From positions 1 through 14,027 of the forward strand of contig JBDRGF010000109.1 of assembly GCA_043818055.1 (NCBI GenBank): a stretch of 14,027 nt of DNA, written 5' to 3'. Of this stretch, positions 1 through 7,835 are shown piece after piece (within the stretch, counting starts at the first letter, position 1; each line of letters opens with the position of its first letter). The notes under the pieces are model-generated. The model was given only the letters and a program-made list of their open reading frames with translations. It had not been told where the DNA came from and searched no databases. This stretch comes from Pseudomonadota bacterium. Lineage in GTDB: Bacteria; UBA10199; 2-02-FULL-44-16; JBDRGF01. Both the position numbers and the translations under genes were made by a program.

Positions 1-94
1 GCCATGCCAATCTGCGCACAAAAAAAACCAGCTGATACTATGATCGAGAAAAATCATATGGTGAGTTGTTTTTTGTTTGAGTGAATTTAGGATC

Positions 95-115
95 AAAGGC
101 ACATGTGGCATGTAG
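95..115 (+). repeat. CATGTRG heptamer interspersed element, left copy (AAAGGCA-CATGTGG-CATGTAG)
   Basis: Two tandem heptamers at 102-115. They match the reverse complement of 4102-4115 exactly. The context (GATCAAAG...CATGTRG...T[A/C]AAATC) recurs at 11185-11223. Confidence 0.7.
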
Positions 116-137
116 TAAAATCTCAACATTTTGTTTC

Positions 138-166
138 TTGACTATTATTTCACGATAACCTACTAT
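138..166 (+). promoter_or_regulatory. sigma70-type promoter of the AbiE-like/RT operon
   Basis: -35 TTGACT (138-143), 17-nt spacer, -10 TACTAT (161-166), directly upstream of the ORF at 177. Confidence 0.75.
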
Positions 167-201
167 TTTCACGAGCGTGAAAATTATGCAAAATCGTGAA
201 A
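148..201. promoter_or_regulatory. nested palindromic operator with four TTTCACG/CGTGAAA half-sites, putative autorepression site of the AbiEi-like protein
   Basis: Inner inverted repeat ATTTTCACG(165-173)-AG-CGTGAAAAT(176-184). Outer inverted repeat TTTCACGAT(148-156)/ATCGTGAAA(193-201) about the same centre. AbiEi antitoxins are known to autorepress through promoter inverted repeats. Confidence 0.7.
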
Positions 202-869
202 ATTACAAAAAAAACACCTTAAAAAGCCCTTTAAATCCAAATTTGGTGGCTCAGTCGTTAAAAACGCCTGAGCGAGTCTGGATGGCCATTTTGCTCATCA
301 ATCAACACCAGGAGACCCCAACTATTGAGGAATTTTCAAAACTCTCCAATTTGAGTTTGGGATTCATCTCAAAATTTGCCAACATTTTGAGGGATGCTGG
401 TTTTTTGGCAAAGGGGCGAACTCTCAATCTTTTGGAGCCGGGACAACTCCTGGATATTGTCCGAGACACCTATCTTTTTGAAGCTAATCAGATTATTTCT
501 TATTATGCAGAAGGATCAGCTGAAGAAATTCTTAAAAATTTTAAAACAGCAAATAAGTCCTACGCACTGACTCGAATGTGCGGTGCTTCTTTCATCGCAC
601 CATTTGTTCGATATCAATTGATTGATTTTTATATCCCCAACCAAAGCAATCTTGCTTACTGGAAAGAAAAATTAAAGCTCATAGATGTTGAGCTCTCTGG
701 CAATGTCAATCTTGTCATTCCTCAAAATCCAAGAATTTTTAATCAGGTACAAAAGTTCAAAGGGTACAACATCGTCAACAATATCCAACTCTACCTGGAT
801 CTCTATAAATATCCAGCTCGTGGCCGGGAACAAGCGGAACATTTACGAGAACAGGTTATAAAGATATGA
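177..869 (+). CDS. type IV toxin-antitoxin AbiEi-like antitoxin / winged-HTH transcriptional regulator (true start may be ATG 186)
   Basis: N-terminal wHTH-like segment (TIEEFSKLSNLSLGFISKFANILRDAGFL) and C-terminal QLYLDL...RGREQAEHL motif typical of AbiEi_2-like proteins. ATGA overlap with a downstream nucleotidyltransferase. Confidence 0.75.
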   Translation: MKIMQNRENYKKNTLKSPLNPNLVAQSLKTPERVWMAILLINQHQETPTIEEFSKLSNLSLGFISKFANILRDAGFLAKGRTLNLLEPGQLLDIVRDTYLFEANQIISYYAEGSAEEILKNFKTANKSYALTRMCGASFIAPFVRYQLIDFYIPNQSNLAYWKEKLKLIDVELSGNVNLVIPQNPRIFNQVQKFKGYNIVNNIQLYLDLYKYPARGREQAEHLREQVIKI

Positions 870-1732
870 ACGATCGATTCATCACTCACTTTGAAAACAA
901 TGAAGCCAACAGATCGCAATCTGTCCTGCTAGAACTTATGACTATTCTAGGAAAATATCGCAATAATCTCTATTTAGTTGGGGGATGGGCTCCATATTTT
1001 TTACTCAAAATGTTTCAGAAGCCTGAAAACAATTTTCAACACATAGGTTCCATTGATATCGATATTGCAATCGACTGTTCGAACATCTTGCAAAACCAAT
1101 ACGCAAGCATCGTCGAGCTCATCAAAAATAAGGGTTACACCGAAAGGAAGAGTCGAATTGGTACAATCATTCCCTTTTCATTTGAACGAGTGATCGATGG
1201 TTTAGCCGTTGCCATTGATTTTCTTGCTGGCGAATATGGTGGAACACCTAAGAAACAACGACACCAGCGGGTAGATGATGAATTGCTAGCACGAAAAGCA
1301 AGAGGGGCGGATATTTTGCCAGAGCATCATATTGATTTTCGTCTTGATGGGTTTTTGCCAGATGGAAGCAGGCAATCATGTGACATAAAGATGGCCAACA
1401 TCGTAAGCATGCTTGCCATGAAGGGAATTACCATTTCCGAGCGCTATAAAGAAAAGGATGCCTATGACATTTATGCATTGTTAGCGCATTATAAGAATGG
1501 ACCAAATTCATGTATTGAAGAAATTGGGCTTTATCTTGAAAACAAGTTGATAGAAGAGGGAATACAAAGCATCTGCGAAAAATTTGCATTTGAAAATTCA
1601 GTTGGCCCTACATGGGCGGCAAAGTTCATTGAACCTACTAACCCAAAGGCTGCAAGGGTTTTGCAGGCTGATATCTACAGACGAGTTTATCCATTCATTG
1701 AAGAGATAAAGAGCTATGAAAAACGATACTAA
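866..1732 (+). CDS. AbiEii-like (Pol-beta superfamily) nucleotidyltransferase, putative type IV TA toxin
   Basis: LVGGWA...SIDIDI (GG + DxD) N-terminal motif, a later IDFL acidic strand and a C-terminal KEKDAYDIY motif. Coupled to the AbiEi-like gene. Confidence 0.75.
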   Translation: MNDRFITHFENNEANRSQSVLLELMTILGKYRNNLYLVGGWAPYFLLKMFQKPENNFQHIGSIDIDIAIDCSNILQNQYASIVELIKNKGYTERKSRIGTIIPFSFERVIDGLAVAIDFLAGEYGGTPKKQRHQRVDDELLARKARGADILPEHHIDFRLDGFLPDGSRQSCDIKMANIVSMLAMKGITISERYKEKDAYDIYALLAHYKNGPNSCIEEIGLYLENKLIEEGIQSICEKFAFENSVGPTWAAKFIEPTNPKAARVLQADIYRRVYPFIEEIKSYEKRY

Positions 1733-3251
1733 AAAAAACATATTGTCTTTAAATTCAAAAGAAGCACGGGAATTTTTCCTAAAGGAAGAAAAATACTTCA
1801 CTACTAAATTGCCACCATATTTCACCTTTTCAGAGCTTCTCAAAAATCTCTCAGATAAACTTGATGGTGGTAATCTCTCCGATTATTATAAAAAGATCTC
1901 CAATGAGAATAAAAAAGAGAAATCGTTGAAGCCTGAAGATTTTGAGAAAGTTAACTATTTGTTGATAAATAATAAAAATGGGAAATATGCCTGGAGACCT
2001 TTGGAGCTTATTCATCCTGCGTTATATGTATCATTAGTTCATAATATTACATCCAATGGAAATTGGAAGATTATTCAAAAGAGGTTTAATGGAAACAGTT
2101 GCGTAGAATGTATGAGTATTCCTGTTGTATCTGAAGGTGAAAAATATGATGAGTCAGAGCAGAATATACATTTTTTGGGAACGGTTGAGAAAAAATCCAT
2201 AGAGCTTGCTTTGGATTATGAATATATATTTCACACGGATATTTTACACTGTTATGGATCAATTTATACTCATTCAATAGCATGGGCGCTTCATACTAAG
2301 CCGATCGCAAAAAAGAATAGATCAGATAAACTGCTCGGAAATGTTATTGATCGGCATTTACAAGGTATGTCATATGGTCAAACAAATGGTATCCCGCAAG
2401 GAAGTGTTTTAATGGATCTTGTTGCTGAGATAGTACTCAGTTATGCTGATGAACTGCTCAGTGATAAGTTATCCAAATTTGAGGAAAAGGATTATAAGAT
2501 TTTAAGGTATAGAGATGACTATCGAGTATTTGTGAATAACCCGCAGGTTGGTGAAGAAATTATAAAAGGCCTCAGTGAAGTCCTTGCCGATCTTGGCATG
2601 CAACTCAATGCGCAGAAGACATCTTATTCAAAGGATATTATCAATAATTCAATTAAACCGGATAAGTTTTATTCAATAGTAAACAGTGAAATATCTGAAG
2701 ATATACAGCGTGAGTTGTTCAATATAAAAGATTTGTCTATGCGCTTTCCTAACTGCAAAACTTTATACAAGAGGCTTAAGAATATTAGCGAAAAAATTCT
2801 AACAGATGAATCGCCTAAATATGATCTTCAAATGCTTATTAGCATGGTAGTGGATTTAGCATTAAATAATTCCAATACTTACCCAGCTGCCTCAGCTATT
2901 TTAGGCAAATTGATTAAATTTCTGCCAGAAAAAGAGCGTGAAGATGGCATATTAAAAATAAAAAATAAATTCGAAAGTATTCCAAATACAGAATATATGG
3001 ATTTGTGGTTACAGCGTATTTCTATTTTATATAAGTTTAAAAATATCGAATATGAAGGAGAACTTTGCAAGCTTGCTAATGAAGAGCCATCCATAACAAT
3101 ATGGAAATCTGAATGGTTGAACAAAAAAATAACAGGAATAATTTCTTCAACAAGTATCATTGATAAAGAAAAGATTAAAGATATAATTGAGAAACAAAAT
3201 GCAAATATTGATGATGAAATTCCAGATTATGGACTAGATGAATATTGTTAA
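1716..3251 (+). CDS. Abi-P2-family (AbiK/Abi-P2 clade) abortive-infection reverse transcriptase
   Basis: RT motifs TDI..CYGSIYTHS, QTNGIPQGSVLMD, RYRDDY (YRDD at 2508-2519) and LNAQKT. N-terminal LPPYF and GKYAWRPLELIHP plus helical C-terminal PNTEYMDLWLQR closely resemble Abi-P2 RTs as recalled. No maturase, RNase H or Cas1 domain is seen. Confidence 0.85.
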   Translation: MKNDTKKNILSLNSKEAREFFLKEEKYFTTKLPPYFTFSELLKNLSDKLDGGNLSDYYKKISNENKKEKSLKPEDFEKVNYLLINNKNGKYAWRPLELIHPALYVSLVHNITSNGNWKIIQKRFNGNSCVECMSIPVVSEGEKYDESEQNIHFLGTVEKKSIELALDYEYIFHTDILHCYGSIYTHSIAWALHTKPIAKKNRSDKLLGNVIDRHLQGMSYGQTNGIPQGSVLMDLVAEIVLSYADELLSDKLSKFEEKDYKILRYRDDYRVFVNNPQVGEEIIKGLSEVLADLGMQLNAQKTSYSKDIINNSIKPDKFYSIVNSEISEDIQRELFNIKDLSMRFPNCKTLYKRLKNISEKILTDESPKYDLQMLISMVVDLALNNSNTYPAASAILGKLIKFLPEKEREDGILKIKNKFESIPNTEYMDLWLQRISILYKFKNIEYEGELCKLANEEPSITIWKSEWLNKKITGIISSTSIIDKEKIKDIIEKQNANIDDEIPDYGLDEYC

Positions 3252-3269
3252 TAAAGTTTTTAAATCATA

Positions 3270-3330
3270 GCACCCCCGCAAAGCGTTGGGCTTGACGGCC
3301 GTGAGCCACCCGGAGAGTGGCCAGTTTGAC
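3270..3330. other. GC-rich structured intergenic patch between convergent genes
   Basis: Hairpins CGC-AAA-GCG, GGCTTGACGGCCGTGAGCC (3289-3307) and GCCAC-CCGGAGA-GTGGC (3305-3321) within AT-rich DNA. Confidence 0.45.
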
Positions 3331-3348
3331 TTATCCCTACTCGATTTT

Positions 3349-3405
3349 TTAAAGAAAATCAGAGATATCATACTCTTCACTTGCACAAACTTCTTTTGAT
3401 TCCAT
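3349..3405 (-). pseudogene. possible truncated 5' stub of the HEPN-type partner of the MNT gene (MESKEVCASEEYDISDFL*)
   Basis: The ATG at 3405 overlaps the 3' end of the MNT gene, with a G-rich tract just upstream. This is the usual position of a coupled HEPN toxin, but the frame stops after 18 codons. Confidence 0.3.
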
Positions 3406-3970
3406 TCAATACCCCCATTATAAACGTAAAGCTCTCCCTGGATCCATCCAGAAAGAGCGGCGTATAATCCATCTCCTTAAAAAACCACTCCGGCGCATTA
3501 TCCATATTGATGAGATCAATTCCTCTGGGTAGATCCTCGGCCATCTCTTCAACTATTCCTCTAAGCTTTAAATATTCCTTGCCGGCCAATGGATTTTCAC
3601 CACACGTTATCGCCAGATCCCAATCTGCAAAGGATTTTGCCTTACCTTTGGCCCTCGATCCAATTAGAATAACCGCAAGTTTCTTATCCGCTTTGGCTAA
3701 TTTAGCGATGATGTGAAGCACCTCATCGATTTGAGGAATCGAAATTGTAGTCTCGGATATCGGCATCATCAACTCAACAGGATCAGCATTCAATGCCGAA
3801 CATATGTTATTAAAGGCACTGGCATAGACATCCTTGCCATCAAGATATTGCTGAATTGTGCTCCGATGAATGGAGCTCTTTCTGGAAAAATCGAGCAGGC
3901 TCTCATAGCCCAAACTCATAAGCCCTTTCCAAAACACCTTTTTGTTCATGACATACTTCACAGTTACCAA
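3377..3970 (-). CDS. HTH-fused minimal nucleotidyltransferase (MNT, MntA-like antitoxin); start may be GTG 3961
   Basis: GSRAKGKAKSFADWDLAI fits the GS-x10-DxD MNT motif, with a later IDLI strand. The N-terminal ~65 aa look like an XRE/Cro HTH (LLDFSRKSSIHRSTIQQYLDG). Confidence 0.8.
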   Translation of the reverse strand: MVTVKYVMNKKVFWKGLMSLGYESLLDFSRKSSIHRSTIQQYLDGKDVYASAFNNICSALNADPVELMMPISETTISIPQIDEVLHIIAKLAKADKKLAVILIGSRAKGKAKSFADWDLAITCGENPLAGKEYLKLRGIVEEMAEDLPRGIDLINMDNAPEWFFKEMDYTPLFLDGSRESFTFIMGVLNGIKRSLCK

Positions 3971-4018
3971 CCCTACTCCAGAACACCAGATATGTCAATA
4001 ATATATACAATTTGTATA
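3970..4018 (-). promoter_or_regulatory. putative sigma70 promoter and adjacent palindrome for the HTH-MNT gene
   Basis: - strand TTGACA (3998-3993), 17-nt spacer, TAGGGT (3975-3970). Palindrome TATACAA-T-TTGTATA at 4004-4018. Confidence 0.5.
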
Positions 4019-4094
4019 CATTATTAATATTATATAGATTTATATAAGAATATCGATAGGTTAACAGAAAATCGAATATCTAGGAGGGGGTTGG

Positions 4095-4160
4095 CCACAT
4101 GCTACATGCCACATGCGCTTTTTGCCTTTTGACCACATGCCACATGCGCCTTTGCCTTTT
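4095..4160 (-). repeat. CATGTRG heptamer element, tandemly duplicated, overlapping the purF 3' end
   Basis: CCACATG-CTACATG-CCACATG at 4095-4115. The ~27-nt unit ACATGCCACATGCGC..TTTGCCTTTT occurs at 4104-4130 and 4135-4160. Confidence 0.8.
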
Positions 4161-5511
4161 CCCGCAGATCTTTCCTGTCTGTAGGTTGAATTGGATAATC
4201 GCCTGAGAAGCAGGCGTCACAGTAGTTGCCGGTGCTGTCAAAAGATTTGAGTCCCTCGATGCTAAGATACTCTAAAGAATCGGCAGTGACGTAATCTCGA
4301 ATCTCCTCGACACTTTTCGATGATGCGATGAGCTCATCGCGGTTAGGTGTATCGATCCCATAGAGGCATGGCCATCTTGTGGGGGGACTAGAAATTCTAA
4401 GGTGCACCTCGCTTGCCCCGGCATTTCTTATCATCTTCACGATCTTCATGCTCGTAGTTCCACGCACGATCGAATCGTCAATCACTATCACACGCTTTCC
4501 CGTTATCACCTCTTTCAACGGGGAGAGTTTCAGTTTGACGCCGAAGTGGCGGATGGAGCTCTCTGGTTCGATAAAAGTGCGACCGACATAGTGGCTCCTG
4601 ATGAGACCCATCTCGAATGGAATCCCGGAGGCTTCAGCATATCCCAGTGCTGCCGGCAAACCCGAATCTGGCACCGGCACTATCACATCTGCATCCACCG
4701 GCTTTTCCTGTGAGAGCGCCCTTCCACACAACTTCCTCACCTCGTACACGCTTCTTCCAAAGATTGTGCTGTCGGGTCTGGCAAAATAGACATATTCAAA
4801 GATGCACGGCCTGATGCGACTCGGCTTTTTAAATTCTATCGATCTGTAATTCATCCCCTCAAAGATGAGCATCTCGCCGGGGGCAATCTCCCTTAAAAAT
4901 AATCCGTCGATCAGATTGAAGCAGCTCCCCTCTGAGGCGACGACATACGAGTCCTTCACCTGTCCCAAGACCAGAGGCCTTATACCCATCGGGTCTCTCA
5001 CCGCTATCATCTGAGTTCCCTTGAGGATCACTATCGAATATGCCCCTTCGATCTTTTCAAGCACCCATTTGAGCCTATCTTCGAATTTTCCTTCCGGCGA
5101 TCGGACGAGGAGATGAATTATAACTTCACTATCGGATGTAGTCTGAAAGACTGCGCCATCAGCTTTCAGTTCTTCTCTTAATTTCAATGCATTCGTGATA
5201 TTTCCATTATGAGCCAGAGAGAAATTATCGCCGAAGAGTTCAGCGAAGAGCGGTTGCACATTCGTTATCGATGATTCACCTGAGGTGGAATATCTGACAT
5301 GACCGATCGCGCTTTTACCTTTTAGCTCGTTGAGATTGCGTTCATCAAAGACATCCGCGACGAGTCCCATCTCCTTGCGCTGATAAAAGCGGCCTTCATC
5401 AGAACTGACTATGCCAGCACTCTCCTGCCCCCTGTGCTGAAGAGCATAGAGGCAGAGATAGGCGAGATTCGCCGATTCAGGATGATTATGTATTCCTATT
5501 ATGCCACACAT
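4102..5511 (-). CDS. purF: amidophosphoribosyltransferase (Fe-S type)
   Basis: N-terminal MCGI nucleophile, LQHRGQE, GHVRYST, PRPP loop VIDDSIVRGTT, and Fe-S-type cysteines (CIFEYVYF, CLYGID, CDAC). Confidence 0.98.
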   Translation of the reverse strand: MCGIIGIHNHPESANLAYLCLYALQHRGQESAGIVSSDEGRFYQRKEMGLVADVFDERNLNELKGKSAIGHVRYSTSGESSITNVQPLFAELFGDNFSLAHNGNITNALKLREELKADGAVFQTTSDSEVIIHLLVRSPEGKFEDRLKWVLEKIEGAYSIVILKGTQMIAVRDPMGIRPLVLGQVKDSYVVASEGSCFNLIDGLFLREIAPGEMLIFEGMNYRSIEFKKPSRIRPCIFEYVYFARPDSTIFGRSVYEVRKLCGRALSQEKPVDADVIVPVPDSGLPAALGYAEASGIPFEMGLIRSHYVGRTFIEPESSIRHFGVKLKLSPLKEVITGKRVIVIDDSIVRGTTSMKIVKMIRNAGASEVHLRISSPPTRWPCLYGIDTPNRDELIASSKSVEEIRDYVTADSLEYLSIEGLKSFDSTGNYCDACFSGDYPIQPTDRKDLREKAKAHVACGQKAKSACGM

Positions 5512-5518
5512 AAAGTCA

Positions 5519-5635
5519 GTTACTGGTTGCTTGTCACTGGTCGCTAGTGGGTAGCTGGCAAGAGTGGTTAGTTAGTAACTCTCTTAACAAGTAACCAACC
5601 AGCGACCAGCTACCAGAAACCAGCGACAGGTTTTT
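5519..5635. repeat. inverted arrays of CGCTGGT/ACCAGCG-type heptamers forming a long imperfect hairpin between purL and purF
   Basis: Left arm TACTGGT-TGCTTGT-CACTGGT-CGCTAGT. Right arm ACCAGCG-ACCAGCT-ACCAGAA-ACCAGCG (5598-5625). Central AAGAG...CTCTT stem. Confidence 0.8.
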
Positions 5636-5636
5636 G

Positions 5637-7832
5637 TTAAAAAATCTTCTCATAAGCCGTTGACCAGCCTTCGTATAGCTCTGAAACCGATACGTTGATA
5701 TGATTTCCTATTGTGAGCTTGTCTGAGCCTACCCTTCCGATCACCTGAGCGGGGACACCTTCGGTCTGGGCGATCTCCATTAGCATCGCAAGATCCTCAG
5801 GGGGAGTGGAAACTATAAGCGTCGAGGCTGTCTCGCCGAAAAGGAGCTGATCGACTCTCTTTACACCATTGATGACGACAGCAGATCCGTATTTGGACTC
5901 TGAGAGAAGCGAGCACTCGGCCAGCGCTACAGCCAACCCGCCTTCGGAAAGATCGTGGGCCGACCTGATCAGTCCGCGCGAGATTGCAGTTCTGCAAACA
6001 TGCTGAGTGAGCCTCTCACGCTCCAAATCCAAAACGGGGGCAAGACCTTTTACGACTCCATGAATCCTCTCGAGATATTCCGTCGCGCCAAGCTCGGGTT
6101 CGAAATAGCCGAGGAGAATGATCGCGTCATCCTGCGCCTTCCATCCTTGAGAGCATGCCTTGTCTACATCATCCACAACACCGACCATAGTTATGACAGG
6201 TGTCGGATATATCGCCTTGCCAAAGGTTTCATTATAGAAGCTGACATTACCGCCTGTGACAGGCGTGTTGAAAATTTTGCATGCGTCTGACATTCCTGCC
6301 GTGACCTGTTGGAACTGCCACATGACGCCTGGATCTTCGGGACTCCCAAAATTCAAACAGTTGCTGATCGCAAGCGGCCTTCCACCGACGGCGGAAATAT
6401 TTCTCGCTGCCTCGGCTACCGCGTGAGCGCCTCCGTTATACGGATCCAGAAAACAATATTTTGGGTTCGCATCACACGATAAGACTATCCCCCTCTTGCT
6501 CCCTTTGAGCCTTATCACTGCGGCGTCTCCTCCGGGGTGCAAAACCGTGTTAGTCATTACCATATGATCGTATTGTTCCCAGACCCATGATTTACGAGCA
6601 AGGTTGGGATGAAAGATCAACCTCTTCAACGTTTGCGTCATATCCTTTGGAACAGGAACGTCGCTTGAATTTAGCTGCTGTTTCTCTTCCTGATAATCAG
6701 GCATCGCAACAGCTCTTTTATATACAGGCGCTTCGCAGACGATGGGAGAGACCGGAATCTCGAGCACCTTTTCCCCATTATGAATCGCCTCTATCTTTCT
6801 ATTCCCCACAACCTCGCCGATCATCGCTGCATCGAGATCCCACTTTTTGAAAATATCTATCACCTTCTCTTCAAATCCTTGTTTGGCTACGATCAGCATC
6901 CTCTCCTGCGATTCGGAGAGCATGATCTCGTATGGCGTCATGTTGAGTTCTCTCTGAGGAACGAGATTGAGATCAATCTTCATCCCCACCTCTCCGCGGT
7001 CTGCCATCTCAAATGTGGAACAGGTAAGCCCGGCGGCCCCCATATCCTGAATCCCGATTATGTAATCCTTTTTCATCAACTCGAGGCAGGCTTCCAGAAG
7101 GCGTTTTTCAGTGAAGGGGTCTCCAACCTGCACGGTCGGCCTCTTCTCCTCTGTCGCCTCATTGAACTCCTGAGATGCCATAGTAGCGCCGTGAATTCCA
7201 TCGCGACCAGTCTTCGAACCGACATATATCACAGGATTGCCAACGCCCGATGCCTTTCCTGTGAAGGGCATCCTCCCTTTCAAAATTCCAAGCGTAAAGG
7301 CGTTGACCAGAATATTTCCGTTATAACAGCTATTGAACTGCACCTCACCACCGACCGTTGGAATTCCCATCGTGTTGCCGTAGTCACCGACGCCACTAAC
7401 AACCCCTTTGAGCAAATATGGTGTCTTCGGATGATCCACATCTCCAAACCTCAAAGAATTCATATTTGCAATAGGTCTCGCTCCCATCGTGAAGATATCA
7501 CGCAGAATTCCCCCGACTCCAGTTGCAGCACCCTGATAAGGTTCAATGAATGATGGATGATTGTGGCTCTCAATTTTGAAGATGATTATGTTGCCTTCGC
7601 CAATATCGATAGCGCCGGCATTCTCTCCCGGCCCCTGAACAACGTGTTCACCTTTAGTCGGAAGATTTTTCAGATAGATCTTGGAACTCTTGTAGGAACA
7701 ATGCTCCGACCACATCACTGAAAAGACTCCAAGCTCAGTGATGTTGGGCTCCCTCCCCAGAATTCTCTTTATCCGTTCATATTCATCGGGAGTCAGTCCG
7801 TGATCTTTAACTATTTGATCTGTTATTTTCAT
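5637..7832 (-). CDS. purL: phosphoribosylformylglycinamidine synthase subunit PurL (small type)
   Basis: [41 protein letters not shown] and HDLSEGG motifs; 731 aa. Confidence 0.98.
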   Translation of the reverse strand: MKITDQIVKDHGLTPDEYERIKRILGREPNITELGVFSVMWSEHCSYKSSKIYLKNLPTKGEHVVQGPGENAGAIDIGEGNIIIFKIESHNHPSFIEPYQGAATGVGGILRDIFTMGARPIANMNSLRFGDVDHPKTPYLLKGVVSGVGDYGNTMGIPTVGGEVQFNSCYNGNILVNAFTLGILKGRMPFTGKASGVGNPVIYVGSKTGRDGIHGATMASQEFNEATEEKRPTVQVGDPFTEKRLLEACLELMKKDYIIGIQDMGAAGLTCSTFEMADRGEVGMKIDLNLVPQRELNMTPYEIMLSESQERMLIVAKQGFEEKVIDIFKKWDLDAAMIGEVVGNRKIEAIHNGEKVLEIPVSPIVCEAPVYKRAVAMPDYQEEKQQLNSSDVPVPKDMTQTLKRLIFHPNLARKSWVWEQYDHMVMTNTVLHPGGDAAVIRLKGSKRGIVLSCDANPKYCFLDPYNGGAHAVAEAARNISAVGGRPLAISNCLNFGSPEDPGVMWQFQQVTAGMSDACKIFNTPVTGGNVSFYNETFGKAIYPTPVITMVGVVDDVDKACSQGWKAQDDAIILLGYFEPELGATEYLERIHGVVKGLAPVLDLERERLTQHVCRTAISRGLIRSAHDLSEGGLAVALAECSLLSESKYGSAVVINGVKRVDQLLFGETASTLIVSTPPEDLAMLMEIAQTEGVPAQVIGRVGSDKLTIGNHINVSVSELYEGWSTAYEKIF

Positions 7833-7835
7833 AAT

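Noticed and set aside
1..12. sigma54 -24 element (TTGGCAT on the - strand) for a gene off the left edge
   Set aside because: The -12 element would lie outside the window, so the call cannot be supported.
1716..3251. RT as a retron, group II intron, DGR or CRISPR-associated RT
   Set aside because: It has no VTG or YADD motif, no upstream non-coding room for msr-msd, no intron domain V, no TR/VR pair and no cas genes. Its motifs fit Abi-P2.
3247..3291. Integron attC site (GTTGGGC fits GTTRRRY)
   Set aside because: There is no matching RYYYAAC or paired L boxes at a suitable distance.
1598..4027. Short ORFs antisense to island genes (1598-1843, 2086-2283, 2879-3160, 3507-3716, 3713-4027)
   Set aside because: They lie almost entirely opposite longer motif-bearing CDSs and have no independent support.
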